Positions 38,475-49,126 of a stretch of DNA of 64,000 nt are shown here, piece after piece; the first letter of the stretch is position 1, and each line of letters begins with the position of its first letter. A program made the position numbers and the translations under genes. The notes below the pieces were generated by a model. The model saw only the letters and a list, made by a program, of their open reading frames with translations, was not told where the DNA came from and made no database searches. The stretch is from an uncultured SAR86 cluster bacterium (GTDB lineage Bacteria > Pseudomonadota > Gammaproteobacteria > Magnimaribacterales > D2472), in contig CACJBC010000002.1 in the NCBI GenBank assembly GCA_902591565.1, forward strand, positions 12,114-76,113. Direction: 5' to 3'.

Positions 38475-39632
38475 ATGAATAATTTAGATACTTTTTTACT
38501 TGATAACCAACTTTCTGCAGAGGAACTTTTAATTCAAAAAACTGCAAGAGATTATGCAGAGCAGTCATTAAAGCCAAGAATTATCGAGGCTAATAGAAAT
38601 GAAATTTTTGATAAGTCTATATACAAAGAGCTTGGCTCTTTAGGTCTTTTAGGTCCAACAATCACTGGTTATGGTTGTGCTGGAGCAAATTATGTTTCAT
38701 ATGGCTTAATTGCAAGAGAAATTGAAAAAATTGATTCTGGTTATAGATCTGCATTTAGCGTTCAATCCTCTCTTGTAATGTGTGCCATTGATGATTTTGG
38801 TTCGGATGTGCAAAAAGATATGTATTTACCTGTCTTGGCAAAAGGCGATCAAATAGGTTGTTTTGGTTTGACTGAATCTGATGCTGGTTCAGATCCAGGA
38901 TCTATGAAAACTAGAGCAAAGAAAACTTTAGATGGTTATATTCTTAATGGCTCCAAAACATGGATTACAAATGCACCTATCGCTGATATTTTAATAATAT
39001 GGGCAAAAGATGAGGATGATGTTTTAAGAGGATTTATTGTTGAAGCAGGTTCAAAAGGATTAGAAACTCAAATTATTAACGGTAAATTTGCGTTGAGAGC
39101 CTCAGTCACAGGGTCAATTTTTTTAAATGATGTTTTTGTATCTGATAAAAATGTTTTACCTGGAGTTTCAAGTTTTAAAGGGCCATTTACATGCTTAAAT
39201 TATGCACGATATGGAATTTCATGGGGAGCTCTTGGTGCAGCTGAGTTTTGCCTTGATGCTTCCATTGATTATGCAAAAAATAGATCTCAATTTGGTGTAC
39301 CAATAGCTAAAAAACAATTAGTACAAAAAAAACTTGCTGATATGCACACGGAAATTACTATTGGCTTGCAAGCATGTCTTGCTGTTGGAAGAAACATGGA
39401 TGCAAAATTAAGCACTCCTGAAATGGTATCAATAGTCAAAAGAAATAGTTGTAGTAAAGCTTTAAATATTGCTCGTAATGCGAGAGATATTCATGGAGGC
39501 AATGGTATTAGCGATGAATATAATGTTATAAGACACTGTATGAATCTAGAGGCTGTTAATACTTATGAGGGTACTGAAGATATACATGGTCTGATTATAG
39601 GTAAGTACTTAACCGGCTACTCGGCTTTTTAA
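38475..39632 (+). CDS. gcdH: glutaryl-CoA dehydrogenase (acyl-CoA dehydrogenase family)
   Basis: N-terminal [39 protein letters not shown] is typical of [19 protein letters not shown] and [12 protein letters not shown] motifs. Confidence 0.8.
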   Translation: MNNLDTFLLDNQLSAEELLIQKTARDYAEQSLKPRIIEANRNEIFDKSIYKELGSLGLLGPTITGYGCAGANYVSYGLIAREIEKIDSGYRSAFSVQSSLVMCAIDDFGSDVQKDMYLPVLAKGDQIGCFGLTESDAGSDPGSMKTRAKKTLDGYILNGSKTWITNAPIADILIIWAKDEDDVLRGFIVEAGSKGLETQIINGKFALRASVTGSIFLNDVFVSDKNVLPGVSSFKGPFTCLNYARYGISWGALGAAEFCLDASIDYAKNRSQFGVPIAKKQLVQKKLADMHTEITIGLQACLAVGRNMDAKLSTPEMVSIVKRNSCSKALNIARNARDIHGGNGISDEYNVIRHCMNLEAVNTYEGTEDIHGLIIGKYLTGYSAF

Positions 39633-39683
39633 ACTTTTATAAATTAATTTTGTCTATACAAATGGAGATCGTAATTTAAAGTA

Positions 39684-40361
39684 ATGATTATTGAAACAAC
39701 AGATCTAAAAAGGAATTTTAAAGTTGGATCAGAAATAATACAGGCTTTAAAAGGAGTAAATTTATCTATTGATAAAGGTGAATTTGTATCAATTATGGGA
39801 CCATCTGGGTCTGGTAAAACTACTTTAATGAATATAATAGGATGTCTTGATACTCCTTCAAGTGGATCATACTATCTTAATAATCAGTCAATAAGCGAGC
39901 TTAATGATAATGAGCTTGCAATGATTCGAAATAAAGAAATTGGATTTGTTTTTCAGTCATTCCATTTATTAGCTAAAAATTCAGCATTAGATAACGTTTT
40001 ACTGCCATTAAAATATGCTGGAAAGAATTCTAATGAATCACTTATTAGAGCTAGAGAGGTTTTAGACCAAGTTGGCTTAAGTGATAGAATAAATCATGGG
40101 CCTTCAGAATTATCTGGCGGTCAACAACAAAGAGTTGCTATTGCTAGAGCTCTTGTAAATAGACCGAGTATCTTATTTGCAGATGAGCCAACTGGAAATT
40201 TAGACTCTCAAACTGGTAATTATGTTATGGATTTATTCAAAGAGCTTAATCAGCAGGGCCAAACTATAATTTTAATTACCCACGAAGATGATATAGCTAA
40301 TAAATCAGATAGAATAATAAATATTAAAGATGGCTTAATCGAATCAGATTCTAGGAAATAA
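39684..40361 (+). CDS. ABC transporter ATP-binding protein (MacB/LolD-type)
   Basis: Walker A GPSGSGKTT, signature LSGGQQQR and Walker B ILFADEPT. Confidence 0.9.
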   Translation: MIIETTDLKRNFKVGSEIIQALKGVNLSIDKGEFVSIMGPSGSGKTTLMNIIGCLDTPSSGSYYLNNQSISELNDNELAMIRNKEIGFVFQSFHLLAKNSALDNVLLPLKYAGKNSNESLIRAREVLDQVGLSDRINHGPSELSGGQQQRVAIARALVNRPSILFADEPTGNLDSQTGNYVMDLFKELNQQGQTIILITHEDDIANKSDRIINIKDGLIESDSRK

Positions 40362-40363
40362 TT

Positions 40364-41578
40364 ATGAATATCTTTACGTTAAATAAATTTTTTAAAACAT
40401 ATATTATTTTTTCTTTATTTATTTTAGTTTCATGCGGCTCTAATGATGATAAAGAAAAAGAAACAACGTTTTATAAAAAAGAAAATATTGTTCAGAATAA
40501 ATTAGAATTAAGCATTGAAGCATCAGGCATTATTGAAGCAATTTCATCTGTTGAAATCAAATCTAAAGCGTCTGGTGAGGTTTTATTTCTAGGTGCTGAA
40601 GTAGGCGATCAAGTTCAAAAGGGTGCAATATTAGGTCAGATTGATCAAAGAACCCCAAAGAATATATTAGATCAAGCTAAATCAGATTTAGAGGCTGCAA
40701 AAGTCAGATTAAACAATGCACAATCTCAATATGATCGCGGTAAAGAATTACATGCAAAAGCTAGCATCTCAGATAAAGATTTTGAAGATATTCAAGAAAA
40801 TTTTGCTCAAGCTAAATCAACATTAGTAAGAACTGAGGTTTCTTTTGAAAATGCAAAAATTGCTCTCGATGATACAGTTGTCAGGTCACCAGTTGAAGGC
40901 ACAATAATCTCTCGAACAGTTGAAGTAGGACAAGTAATTTCTTCTCCGACATCAGCAGTTGGTGGTGGGACAATCTTAATGACGATGGCTGACTTATCCA
41001 AGGTAAGAGTAAGAGCTTTAGTTGATGAGATAGATGTTGGTAAAGTCTCTATTGGTCAAGTTGTCTCTATAAAAGTTGCAGCCTATAGAGATAAAGAGTT
41101 TTTTGGCACAGTTACAAAAATTGAACCAAAAGCTATGATTGAACAAAATGTTACGACTTTTCCTGTACTCATAGATATTGAAAATGATGAAAATTTATTG
41201 TTATTAGGTATGAATACCGATGTAGTCATTGAAGTCTTAAATAAAGACGTATCTGTCAGTGCGCCAACAATGTCTTTAAGGACTAGAAAAGATATTTATT
41301 CAGCTGCTGCAATTTTAAATATTCCAAAAAATTCTGTTGATAATTTTCTTAAAGATTATGTAGAAGGAGAAAATTTTAATAAATTTATAGTTATAAAAGA
41401 TTCGAAAGATGGCCCAAAACTTTCTTGGGTGAAGATTGGACTATCTGATCTATCATATGTTGAAATTTTAAGCGGCTTAGAGCTAAATGACACAGTATTT
41501 ATCCTGCCAAGTAAAAGTTTATTTGATTATCAAAAAAGATTTAAAGAAAGAGTACAGGCATCATTTAGCTTTGGATAA
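40364..41578 (+). CDS. efflux periplasmic adaptor (HlyD/MacA-type membrane fusion lipoprotein)
   Basis: Lipobox LVSCGS, coiled-coil hairpin region, and beta-barrel blocks (VRSPVEGTIISRTVEVGQVI). Lies between the ABC ATPase and the FtsX permease. Confidence 0.8.
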   Translation: MNIFTLNKFFKTYIIFSLFILVSCGSNDDKEKETTFYKKENIVQNKLELSIEASGIIEAISSVEIKSKASGEVLFLGAEVGDQVQKGAILGQIDQRTPKNILDQAKSDLEAAKVRLNNAQSQYDRGKELHAKASISDKDFEDIQENFAQAKSTLVRTEVSFENAKIALDDTVVRSPVEGTIISRTVEVGQVISSPTSAVGGGTILMTMADLSKVRVRALVDEIDVGKVSIGQVVSIKVAAYRDKEFFGTVTKIEPKAMIEQNVTTFPVLIDIENDENLLLLGMNTDVVIEVLNKDVSVSAPTMSLRTRKDIYSAAAILNIPKNSVDNFLKDYVEGENFNKFIVIKDSKDGPKLSWVKIGLSDLSYVEILSGLELNDTVFILPSKSLFDYQKRFKERVQASFSFG

Positions 41579-42786
41579 TGTTAGTTAGAGAATCTCTTAA
41601 ATCTGCAACAATATCAATTAGAACTAATATAGTTAGATCCTTTCTAACCGCGCTTGCAATAATCATTGGAACAGCAGCTGTAATCGCAGTTATTGGTATT
41701 GGTTCAAGTGCCAATAAAGCACTTGAAGCACAAATTGATGATTTTGGACCAAGAACGTTGGTTGTTAGTCCCGGTCAAAATAGAAGAGGAGCAGTTACCA
41801 AGGGATTAATCCCATTGGATATAAAGGATTCAGAAGCATTACAAAAAAATAACGATCATAATTGGATGGTTTCACCTTATATTGCAAGAAATAGACAAGT
41901 AAAATTTAATAATGCAAATATTAATGAAACAATTAGAGCTAATTTACCAATTCACTTTAAAGTTAGGGGATATGAAATTGAATACGGACGTATATTTACT
42001 GAAGAAGAAAACCTAGGCAGAAAAAAAGTTGTTGTATTAGGTTCAGATGTCCCGAAAGAACTTAAGACATTACCTAGCATAATTTTAAATAAAGAAGTCT
42101 TAATTGCAGGAAACTCATATAAAGTTGTCGGTATTTTAGAGGAGGAAGGTAGTACCGGTTGGCAAAATCCTGATGATGAACTTTATGTGCCATTATTAAC
42201 TGGCTCTCAAAGATTATTTGGCACAAAAAATCTTGATTCATTAAATGTTGCAATTGAAAAAACTGCAAATGTTGATGAGGTAATGATGACAATTGAACGT
42301 ATCTTAAGATCTCAACATGATATTGGTCCGGGTGAAGATAATGATTTTAGAATCAACGACTACAGTCAGTATTCTGATTTAAGAAGACAAGCCACTGGGA
42401 TATTTACTGCGTTAATAGCTGGAATTGCTGGAATTAGTTTAGTTGTGGGAGGAATTGGTGTGATGAATATAATGCTAGTTTCTGTTACAGAAAGAACTAG
42501 AGAGATTGGCTTAAGGAAAGCATTAGGAGCCACCTATAAAGCTATCATGCTGCAATTTATCATTGAAGCTGTTTTGCTATGTGTAATTGGAGGAATAATT
42601 GGTGTGATTATGGGAACAAGCATCTTATATCTTTTTGCTTCTTTTAATGAATGGCCCTTTGCAATGCCTATAAGTGCAATGATTGGCTCGATTACTTTTT
42701 CTGCGATGGTTGGGTTATTTTTTGGAATATGGCCAGCAAGAAAAGCTGCTAATCTTGACCCTGCAACATCTCTAAGATACGAATAA
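41578..42786 (+). CDS. ABC transporter permease (FtsX/MacB-type)
   Basis: N-terminal TM, large periplasmic domain, C-terminal FtsX 3-TM block with ERTREIGLRKALGA. The start overlaps the adaptor stop (ATAATG). Confidence 0.85.
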   Translation: MLVRESLKSATISIRTNIVRSFLTALAIIIGTAAVIAVIGIGSSANKALEAQIDDFGPRTLVVSPGQNRRGAVTKGLIPLDIKDSEALQKNNDHNWMVSPYIARNRQVKFNNANINETIRANLPIHFKVRGYEIEYGRIFTEEENLGRKKVVVLGSDVPKELKTLPSIILNKEVLIAGNSYKVVGILEEEGSTGWQNPDDELYVPLLTGSQRLFGTKNLDSLNVAIEKTANVDEVMMTIERILRSQHDIGPGEDNDFRINDYSQYSDLRRQATGIFTALIAGIAGISLVVGGIGVMNIMLVSVTERTREIGLRKALGATYKAIMLQFIIEAVLLCVIGGIIGVIMGTSILYLFASFNEWPFAMPISAMIGSITFSAMVGLFFGIWPARKAANLDPATSLRYE

Positions 42787-42796
42787 AATATAAGAC

Positions 42797-42979
42797 ATGG
42801 ACAACCATCTTAGGAATATTGCCTTAACCCTAATATCTCAATATGGAGATGAAGCACAAACTATAGCAATGTTGAGAGCTGCTGAATATGCAGCAATGAT
42901 GGATTCATCAGAATGGGCAAAGTGGGAGAAAGTTTCACATTTGATTGAAACAATACATGAACAACCGCACGATGGCTGA
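42797..42979 (+). CDS. small hypothetical protein (60 aa)
   Basis: ORF 10 nt after the permease gene with a non-repetitive helical-looking sequence. No family securely recognised. Confidence 0.4.
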   Translation: MDNHLRNIALTLISQYGDEAQTIAMLRAAEYAAMMDSSEWAKWEKVSHLIETIHEQPHDG

Positions 42980-43027
42980 TTTATATAGTTAATATCTATA
43001 TTTTTTAAAATAAGTTAACCTTAATAA

Positions 43028-43495
43028 ATGAAAAATATTTTGAATAAAAAAATTATTGTTAATAATTTATTGTCAGCATTTGGAGCTTTTCTTTGTATAA
43101 GTCTGCTTTCATTTTTGCATTTTTCAAAATATGGAGATGTTTGGTTAATACCTCCTTTCGGTGCTAGTATGGTTTTAGTTATGGCAGTTCATGATAGTCC
43201 GCTTGCAGAACCAAAAAATATTTTTTTAGGCCATACCTTATCTGCTTTAAGTGGAGTGTTTATATTTTCATTGATGGGTTCTTCCTTCCTTTCATTAGGT
43301 GTTGCTGTTGGTCTTGCAGTTTTTGTTATGGCAACTTTTGATTCAATTCACCCACCAGCTGGAGCTAATCCAATAATTGCAATACTGGGTGGTAAGAGTC
43401 TCTTATTCGTATTAATGCCAGTAGCTCTGGGATCTATAGTCATAATTTTATTTGCACTTTTTTATAACAAGCTTCTTGGAAGAGAGTACCCTTAA
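43028..43495 (+). CDS. HPP-family membrane protein
   Basis: Four TM segments and the diagnostic HPPAGA motif (SIHPPAGANP). Confidence 0.75.
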   Translation: MKNILNKKIIVNNLLSAFGAFLCISLLSFLHFSKYGDVWLIPPFGASMVLVMAVHDSPLAEPKNIFLGHTLSALSGVFIFSLMGSSFLSLGVAVGLAVFVMATFDSIHPPAGANPIIAILGGKSLLFVLMPVALGSIVIILFALFYNKLLGREYP

Positions 43496-43544
43496 TTAAA
43501 TTTTAATAATAAATATCTAAGATATATTCATCTATAATGGTCTT

Positions 43545-43856
43545 ATGACAAAGGGACCTGTTGAATTAAAAATTATCAATAATCTTAATGAGAGCATGAA
43601 TATATCATCTTTAAAGGTAATTAATGAAAGCTTTATGCATAACGTTTCAAAGGATTCTGAAAGTCATTTTAAGGTTATTATTGTCAGTGATGATTTTAAA
43701 AATTTATCAGAAATTAATAGACATAAACTTGTGTATACAAACTTAGATACTATCATGAATGATATACATGCTCTTTCTATTCAATCCTTTAGTGTAGATG
43801 AATTTAGTCAAAATCCAGTTTTTCTAGACTCGCCTGAATGCGCTCACAAAAAATAA
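43545..43856 (+). CDS. BolA/IbaG-family protein
   Basis: ESHFKVIIVSDDFKNLSEINRHKLVYTNL...IHALSIQSF follows the BolA/IbaG pattern (SHF.V..VS..F.G...V.RH..VY..L...IHA). Confidence 0.8.
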   Translation: MTKGPVELKIINNLNESMNISSLKVINESFMHNVSKDSESHFKVIIVSDDFKNLSEINRHKLVYTNLDTIMNDIHALSIQSFSVDEFSQNPVFLDSPECAHKK

Positions 43857-43857
43857 C

Positions 43858-46329
43858 ATGAAAAATTTAATAACTAAATATTCAATTTATGTTATCAAAA
43901 ACCCTTTAATAATATTATTTTTAACTTTGTTAGTAGTGTTGACCGCATCTCAAGGTATTAAAAATTTTAAACTAGATGCATCTTCAGATGCATTAGTTTT
44001 AGAAGGTGATGAATCTTTAAAAAAATACAGAGAAAACGAGAAAGAATTTGGAGATTCAAGCTTTTTAATAGTTACTTTTAAACCTGAATACGAGCTTTTT
44101 TCTTATCAATCTTTAGATCAGCTCTCAGAAATTGAAGAAGCAATATCAAAATTAGATGGCGTTGATTCAGTTTTATCCTTGCTAGATGCTCCTATTTTTT
44201 TTCAACCAAAAGTAGGGTTAACTGAGGTTGCTGATAATTTAAAAGATATAACAACAGATGGGATAGATCTCCTTAAAGCAAAAGAAGAAATAATTAATAA
44301 TCCAATTTATCGTGATTTGATCATTAGCAAGGATGGTTCAACTACTGCCATGCAAGTTGTTTTAAGAGGTAATGACGAGTACGACTCACTTATTGATGAT
44401 CGTTATAAAATACTTGATGTACTCAAATCTAATGAACCAATAACTAATGAAAGTAAAACCTTGCTTCAAGATAATTTAGATAATATCAACAAAAGAATAA
44501 GTGAGCTTAATGATAACGAGTCTAATTTTAATACTCTTTTAGTATCACAAATAAGAGGTATTCTTGATTTGCATAGGAATAATGCAACTCTATACCTAGG
44601 TGGGCCCGCAATGATTGCCTCAGATATGATGGAATACATTAAATCAGATCTTGTAATGTTTGGTGCAGCAGTTGCTTCTGTTTTTGCAATTATGTTGTAT
44701 ATTTTCTTTGGAAATATTTGGTATGTAATTCTTCCAATATCTAATGCCTTTTTAACAACCTTTGTAACTGCAGGTTTTCTTGGTTACATGGATTGGAAGA
44801 TTAGTGTTGTTTCATCAAATTTTATTGCTTTATTATTAATCTTAACAATCTCATTAACGGTTCATGTTTTAGTAAAAATAAATGAGCTAAATAAAAAGTC
44901 TGCTGATAAACAAAATTTTTTAATTGAGGCATTAGATCAAATGTTTCTTCCTTGTTTTTTTGCAGCCTTCACGACAGCTGTAGCATTTTTATCATTATTA
45001 TTAGGAGAATTGAAGCCGGTTATAGAATTTGGAAAAATGATGGCATTTGGAATATCAATCGCTTTTATTTTTACTTTTTCATTCTTGCCAAGCTCATTAA
45101 GCTTAATCAAAAAAACTAAAAGTAAAGACTATTTATCCTTATACAAAATAACCAATGCCATCCTATCAATTTCAAAAAAAAATACTCTTTATATTTATCT
45201 ATTTTTTAGTTTTATTTTTTGTATTTTAATATTTGGGACAACAAAACTCGAAGTTGAAAATAGATTTATTGATTACTTTGATGAGGAAACTGAAATTTAT
45301 CAAGGTATGTTAGAGATTGATGAAAACTTAGGAGGTACGGCTACTCTTGATATCATTATTCAAGAGCCTACCATTACAGTATCTGACGATTTATTTGAAG
45401 ATGAATTTTTCGACGATAGTCTTTTTGAAGATGATAGCAGTAATGCCTCTGGTTATTGGTGGAATGTATATACATTAGCTCAGCTTGAAGAAATTCATGA
45501 TTATTTAGATTCTTTGCCTGAAATTGGTAAGGTGCTCAGCGTTGCTAGTGGAGTTAAATTAGCAAGAATGATTAATGATGGTGAAGATTTGAATGATCTT
45601 GAGTTAGCTCTCTTAAGATCAGTGCTACCAGAAGATATTAGAGAAACACTTTTGTATTCATATATTAATAAAGATGATTCAGTGGTTAGAATTTCAACAA
45701 GAGTTAATGAATCAGCTAAAAATTTGAATAGGAGTGAATTGTTAAAAAAGATAAATTCTGATTTAGTATCAAAATTTAATTTATCAGAGGATAGGTTTGA
45801 GATTACAGGTTTAGCAGTGCTTTATAACAATATGCTGCAATCATTATTTCAATCACAAATTGCTTCATTGCTTGTAGTATTTAGCGTCATTGGTTTTATG
45901 CTTCTATTAATTTTTAAATCACTGAAAATTATGTTAATTGGATTAGTACCAAATATTTTTGTTGCTACTTCTGTTATTGGTCTTTTAGGATTACTAAATA
46001 TTCCGCTAGATATTATGACTATAACTGTTGCAGCAATAAGTGTGGGAATGGCTGTGGATAATACCATCCATTATATTTATAGATATAAAAAAGAGATAAA
46101 AATTACTCATTCAGTTAAAACGGCATTGCAAAATGCACATACAACTACAGGAAGAGCTATATTCTATACTGCAGCTACAATTGCAACCGGTTTTTCAATA
46201 TTATCTCTTTCCAATTTTTTTCCAACTCAGCTATTTGGAATATTTACAGCACTAGCAATGTTGGTAGCTTTTATTTCTTCATTATCTCTTCTTCCAAATT
46301 TATTGGTGAAATTTAAAGTTTTCCAATAA
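43858..46329 (+). CDS. RND-superfamily exporter (MMPL/HpnN-like, sterol-sensing-domain type)
   Basis: 823 aa with two repeats of (1 TM + soluble loop + 5 TM). Conserved GxxxD in TM4-like segments (ISVGMAVDNTIHYIY). The start follows the BolA stop by 1 nt. Confidence 0.8.
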   Translation: MKNLITKYSIYVIKNPLIILFLTLLVVLTASQGIKNFKLDASSDALVLEGDESLKKYRENEKEFGDSSFLIVTFKPEYELFSYQSLDQLSEIEEAISKLDGVDSVLSLLDAPIFFQPKVGLTEVADNLKDITTDGIDLLKAKEEIINNPIYRDLIISKDGSTTAMQVVLRGNDEYDSLIDDRYKILDVLKSNEPITNESKTLLQDNLDNINKRISELNDNESNFNTLLVSQIRGILDLHRNNATLYLGGPAMIASDMMEYIKSDLVMFGAAVASVFAIMLYIFFGNIWYVILPISNAFLTTFVTAGFLGYMDWKISVVSSNFIALLLILTISLTVHVLVKINELNKKSADKQNFLIEALDQMFLPCFFAAFTTAVAFLSLLLGELKPVIEFGKMMAFGISIAFIFTFSFLPSSLSLIKKTKSKDYLSLYKITNAILSISKKNTLYIYLFFSFIFCILIFGTTKLEVENRFIDYFDEETEIYQGMLEIDENLGGTATLDIIIQEPTITVSDDLFEDEFFDDSLFEDDSSNASGYWWNVYTLAQLEEIHDYLDSLPEIGKVLSVASGVKLARMINDGEDLNDLELALLRSVLPEDIRETLLYSYINKDDSVVRISTRVNESAKNLNRSELLKKINSDLVSKFNLSEDRFEITGLAVLYNNMLQSLFQSQIASLLVVFSVIGFMLLLIFKSLKIMLIGLVPNIFVATSVIGLLGLLNIPLDIMTITVAAISVGMAVDNTIHYIYRYKKEIKITHSVKTALQNAHTTTGRAIFYTAATIATGFSILSLSNFFPTQLFGIFTALAMLVAFISSLSLLPNLLVKFKVFQ

Positions 46330-46338
46330 TATAGTTTA

Positions 46339-47442
46339 ATGGGTCCGTTAAAGGGTATTAAAGTGTTAGAGTTTTCAGGTATTGGTCCTGGACCATACTG
46401 TGGAATGCTTTTAGCAGATATGGGTGCTGATGTAATAAGAGTCAATAGAATTAATGATAAAGATAGACATAATAAATTTGATATTCATAACAGATCTAAA
46501 AGATCTATTGTTGCAGATTTAAAAAATCCTAATTCAATTAATGAATTACTTAAACTAATATCGTCAGTTGATGTTGTTTTTGAGGGTTTTAGACCAGGAA
46601 TTATGGAGAAATTGGGCCTTGGACCTGATGAGTGCTTTAAACAAAACAAAGCTTTAGTTTATGGAAGAATGACTGGGTGGGGTCAAGATGGTCCAATGTC
46701 TAAAATGGCGGGTCATGACATAAATTACATAGGTTTGTCTGGCGCATTACATGCAATTGGAAAAAAAGATTCTAATCCAACCATACCGCTAAATCTCATA
46801 GGTGATTACGGTGGTGGAGGTATGATGTTAGCCATGGGAATCCTAGCCGCTGTTATTAGCTCAATAAAAACTGGAAAAGGGCAGGTTGTTGATTCAGCTA
46901 TGATTGATGGGAGTTTATCTCTAATGAGCTTCTTTTATTCGTTAAAAGAAATGGGTTTTTGGCAGGATAAAAGAGAATCTAATTTTCTTGATGGAGCTGC
47001 ACATTTCTATAATACCTATGAATGTTCTGATAATAAGTATCTTGCAGTTGGATCCCTTGAACCTCAGTTTTATTCAATTTTATTAGAAAAGCTTGAATTA
47101 AGTGATGTTAAGTTTCAAGATCAAATGAATAAAGAAATATGGCAAGAATTAAAAGATTTAATAGCAGATAAAATTAAATCTAAGCCAAGAAGTCATTGGG
47201 AAAATGTTTTTTCTGATACTGATGGCTGTGTAACTCCAATTTTGAATATGCATGAGGCTCAGGAATATCATCATAATGTTGCAAGAAATGCATTTGAAGA
47301 TATTGATGGATTTAAACAGCCCGCACCTGCGCCAAGATTTTCAATTGATAAATTATCGATAAAGCATAACTCAAAGAAGGTAGGCTCAGATATAGATAAT
47401 ATTTGTGAAGAATTTAAATTAGATAGAAAAGCTTTTATTTAA
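46339..47442 (+). CDS. family III CoA-transferase (CaiB/BaiF; alpha-methylacyl-CoA racemase-like)
   Basis: GPLKGIKVLEFSGIGPGPYCGMLLADMGADVIRV N-terminus and GHDINY block. Confidence 0.85.
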   Translation: MGPLKGIKVLEFSGIGPGPYCGMLLADMGADVIRVNRINDKDRHNKFDIHNRSKRSIVADLKNPNSINELLKLISSVDVVFEGFRPGIMEKLGLGPDECFKQNKALVYGRMTGWGQDGPMSKMAGHDINYIGLSGALHAIGKKDSNPTIPLNLIGDYGGGGMMLAMGILAAVISSIKTGKGQVVDSAMIDGSLSLMSFFYSLKEMGFWQDKRESNFLDGAAHFYNTYECSDNKYLAVGSLEPQFYSILLEKLELSDVKFQDQMNKEIWQELKDLIADKIKSKPRSHWENVFSDTDGCVTPILNMHEAQEYHHNVARNAFEDIDGFKQPAPAPRFSIDKLSIKHNSKKVGSDIDNICEEFKLDRKAFI

Positions 47443-48220
47443 AAAAATTTAAACTATTTGTATACGTTATCTCAGCAAATTTATTTACATCAATTTTAAC
47501 TAAATCAGCTATCTCTTCAGCTATATGCGGAAGATAAGAGGGCTCATTTCTATTATTTTTTGGTTTATCCTCAAGGTTTCTGGGAATTAAATATGGACAG
47601 TCGGTTTCAATCATTAGTTTTTCAACGGGAATATTAATTAATGATTTTCTTAAATCAACATTTCTTCTTTCATCACATATCCAGCCAGTAAGGCCGATAT
47701 AAAATCCCATATTTAAATAATCGTCTAACTCTTTTTGTGTTCCTGTGAAACAGTGCAAAACAGCTTTCGGGAAATTGTCTTTATATTTTTTAACAATTTT
47801 CATAAAATCAGTATGAGCATCTCTTTGATGTAAAAATAATGGCTTGTTATTATCAATGGCAATCTTAATTTGCTCTTCAAAAGCGAATAGTTGCTCTTCA
47901 TAAGATGATATATTTCTAAAAAAGTCTAAGCCAGTTTCTCCAACACTATGAGGTTTATACTTTTCTATGAGGTATTTCATTTCTTTAGAAGATGATAAAT
48001 TAAATTCATTTGCGTGATGCGGATGAACACCAATAGTAAAAAAACATGAATCTTTGTTGTTTAGATATATTTGGCGAACTTTTTCTACATCTTTTAAAGA
48101 AGCAGATACAACCAAAAATTTTGTAACCTTCTTTTCTTTAGCTCTTTGAATAACATCATCTAGATCCTGATCAAAACGATCACTTGAAAAGTTACAGGCT
48201 ATATCAAATAAATTATTCAT
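47435..48220 (-). CDS. TatD-family metal-dependent hydrolase/DNase
   Basis: FDIACNF..., GVHPHHA, GETGLDF, LHCFTG and ETDCPYL motifs. Confidence 0.85.
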   Translation of the reverse strand: MNNLFDIACNFSSDRFDQDLDDVIQRAKEKKVTKFLVVSASLKDVEKVRQIYLNNKDSCFFTIGVHPHHANEFNLSSSKEMKYLIEKYKPHSVGETGLDFFRNISSYEEQLFAFEEQIKIAIDNNKPLFLHQRDAHTDFMKIVKKYKDNFPKAVLHCFTGTQKELDDYLNMGFYIGLTGWICDERRNVDLRKSLINIPVEKLMIETDCPYLIPRNLEDKPKNNRNEPSYLPHIAEEIADLVKIDVNKFAEITYTNSLNFFK

Positions 48221-48272
48221 ATGGTTCGTATAATTTCTTTTAAATGGGATTATGAACTAAAATTGTTTAATC

Positions 48273-49115
48273 ATGAATCAATTTGATCAATTTCAAAATG
48301 CTTTGTTGCTAGAGCCAATTGCTGAAAATAAATATACAGCAAATCTTGATTCTAGATATTTTGTTGGCAAAACTCCTCATGGCGGTTATTTAAATGCATT
48401 AATGCATAAGGCTTTAATATTATCTGTGCCACATTCAGTTGCAATAAGCTCATCAATACAATATTTAAATAGGATTGAAAATAAAGATGTAGTTTTAAAA
48501 GTTGAAATTTTTAAAACATCTACAGGCAGCTCATCAGGCCTAGTTAAACTTAGCCAAGATAATAAAATCTGTACTGTTTTTAATGCTATATGCTCTGATT
48601 TTGAACATATGAAAGGGTTTGATGGCCTTTTAACTAATCCACCTGATTTATATAAAAATACTCCAATGAAAGATTATAAAAATTTAAACTATGATGTTAT
48701 ATCTCCAGGTTTTACTCCCTCATTTATTCATCAATTAAGTTGTACTGTTCATCCAAATCATGCATGGTGGGACAGAGATATAGATGAAGTTGATGCTGAA
48801 GCCAGATGTTCTGCTTACATGAAAATGGACGGAGGGGTGCCAGATCAATTTGTTTTATCATTTTATGTTGATGTTGCACCACCTGTAGTATCTAATAAAT
48901 ATGGACCATTAGGTTGGATACCAACTTACAGCCTAACAACCCATATAAGACAAATACCAACTACTGAAATTGTATTTGTTGATTTTATAGCTAAAGATAT
49001 AAATAAAGGATATTTTGAGCAAGATTGTAATGTTTGGGATTTAAATGAGAATTTAGTTGCTTCAAGTCGACAACTAACTAGAATACTAAAGTCAGAAGAA
49101 AAACTATCTAAGTAG
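48273..49115 (+). CDS. acyl-CoA thioesterase-like double hot-dog protein
   Basis: 280 aa. The GKTPHGGYLNALM block resembles the TesB-like/4HBT_3 thioesterase family. Moderate certainty. Confidence 0.55.
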   Translation: MNQFDQFQNALLLEPIAENKYTANLDSRYFVGKTPHGGYLNALMHKALILSVPHSVAISSSIQYLNRIENKDVVLKVEIFKTSTGSSSGLVKLSQDNKICTVFNAICSDFEHMKGFDGLLTNPPDLYKNTPMKDYKNLNYDVISPGFTPSFIHQLSCTVHPNHAWWDRDIDEVDAEARCSAYMKMDGGVPDQFVLSFYVDVAPPVVSNKYGPLGWIPTYSLTTHIRQIPTTEIVFVDFIAKDINKGYFEQDCNVWDLNENLVASSRQLTRILKSEEKLSK

Positions 49116-49126
49116 AAGGAAACATT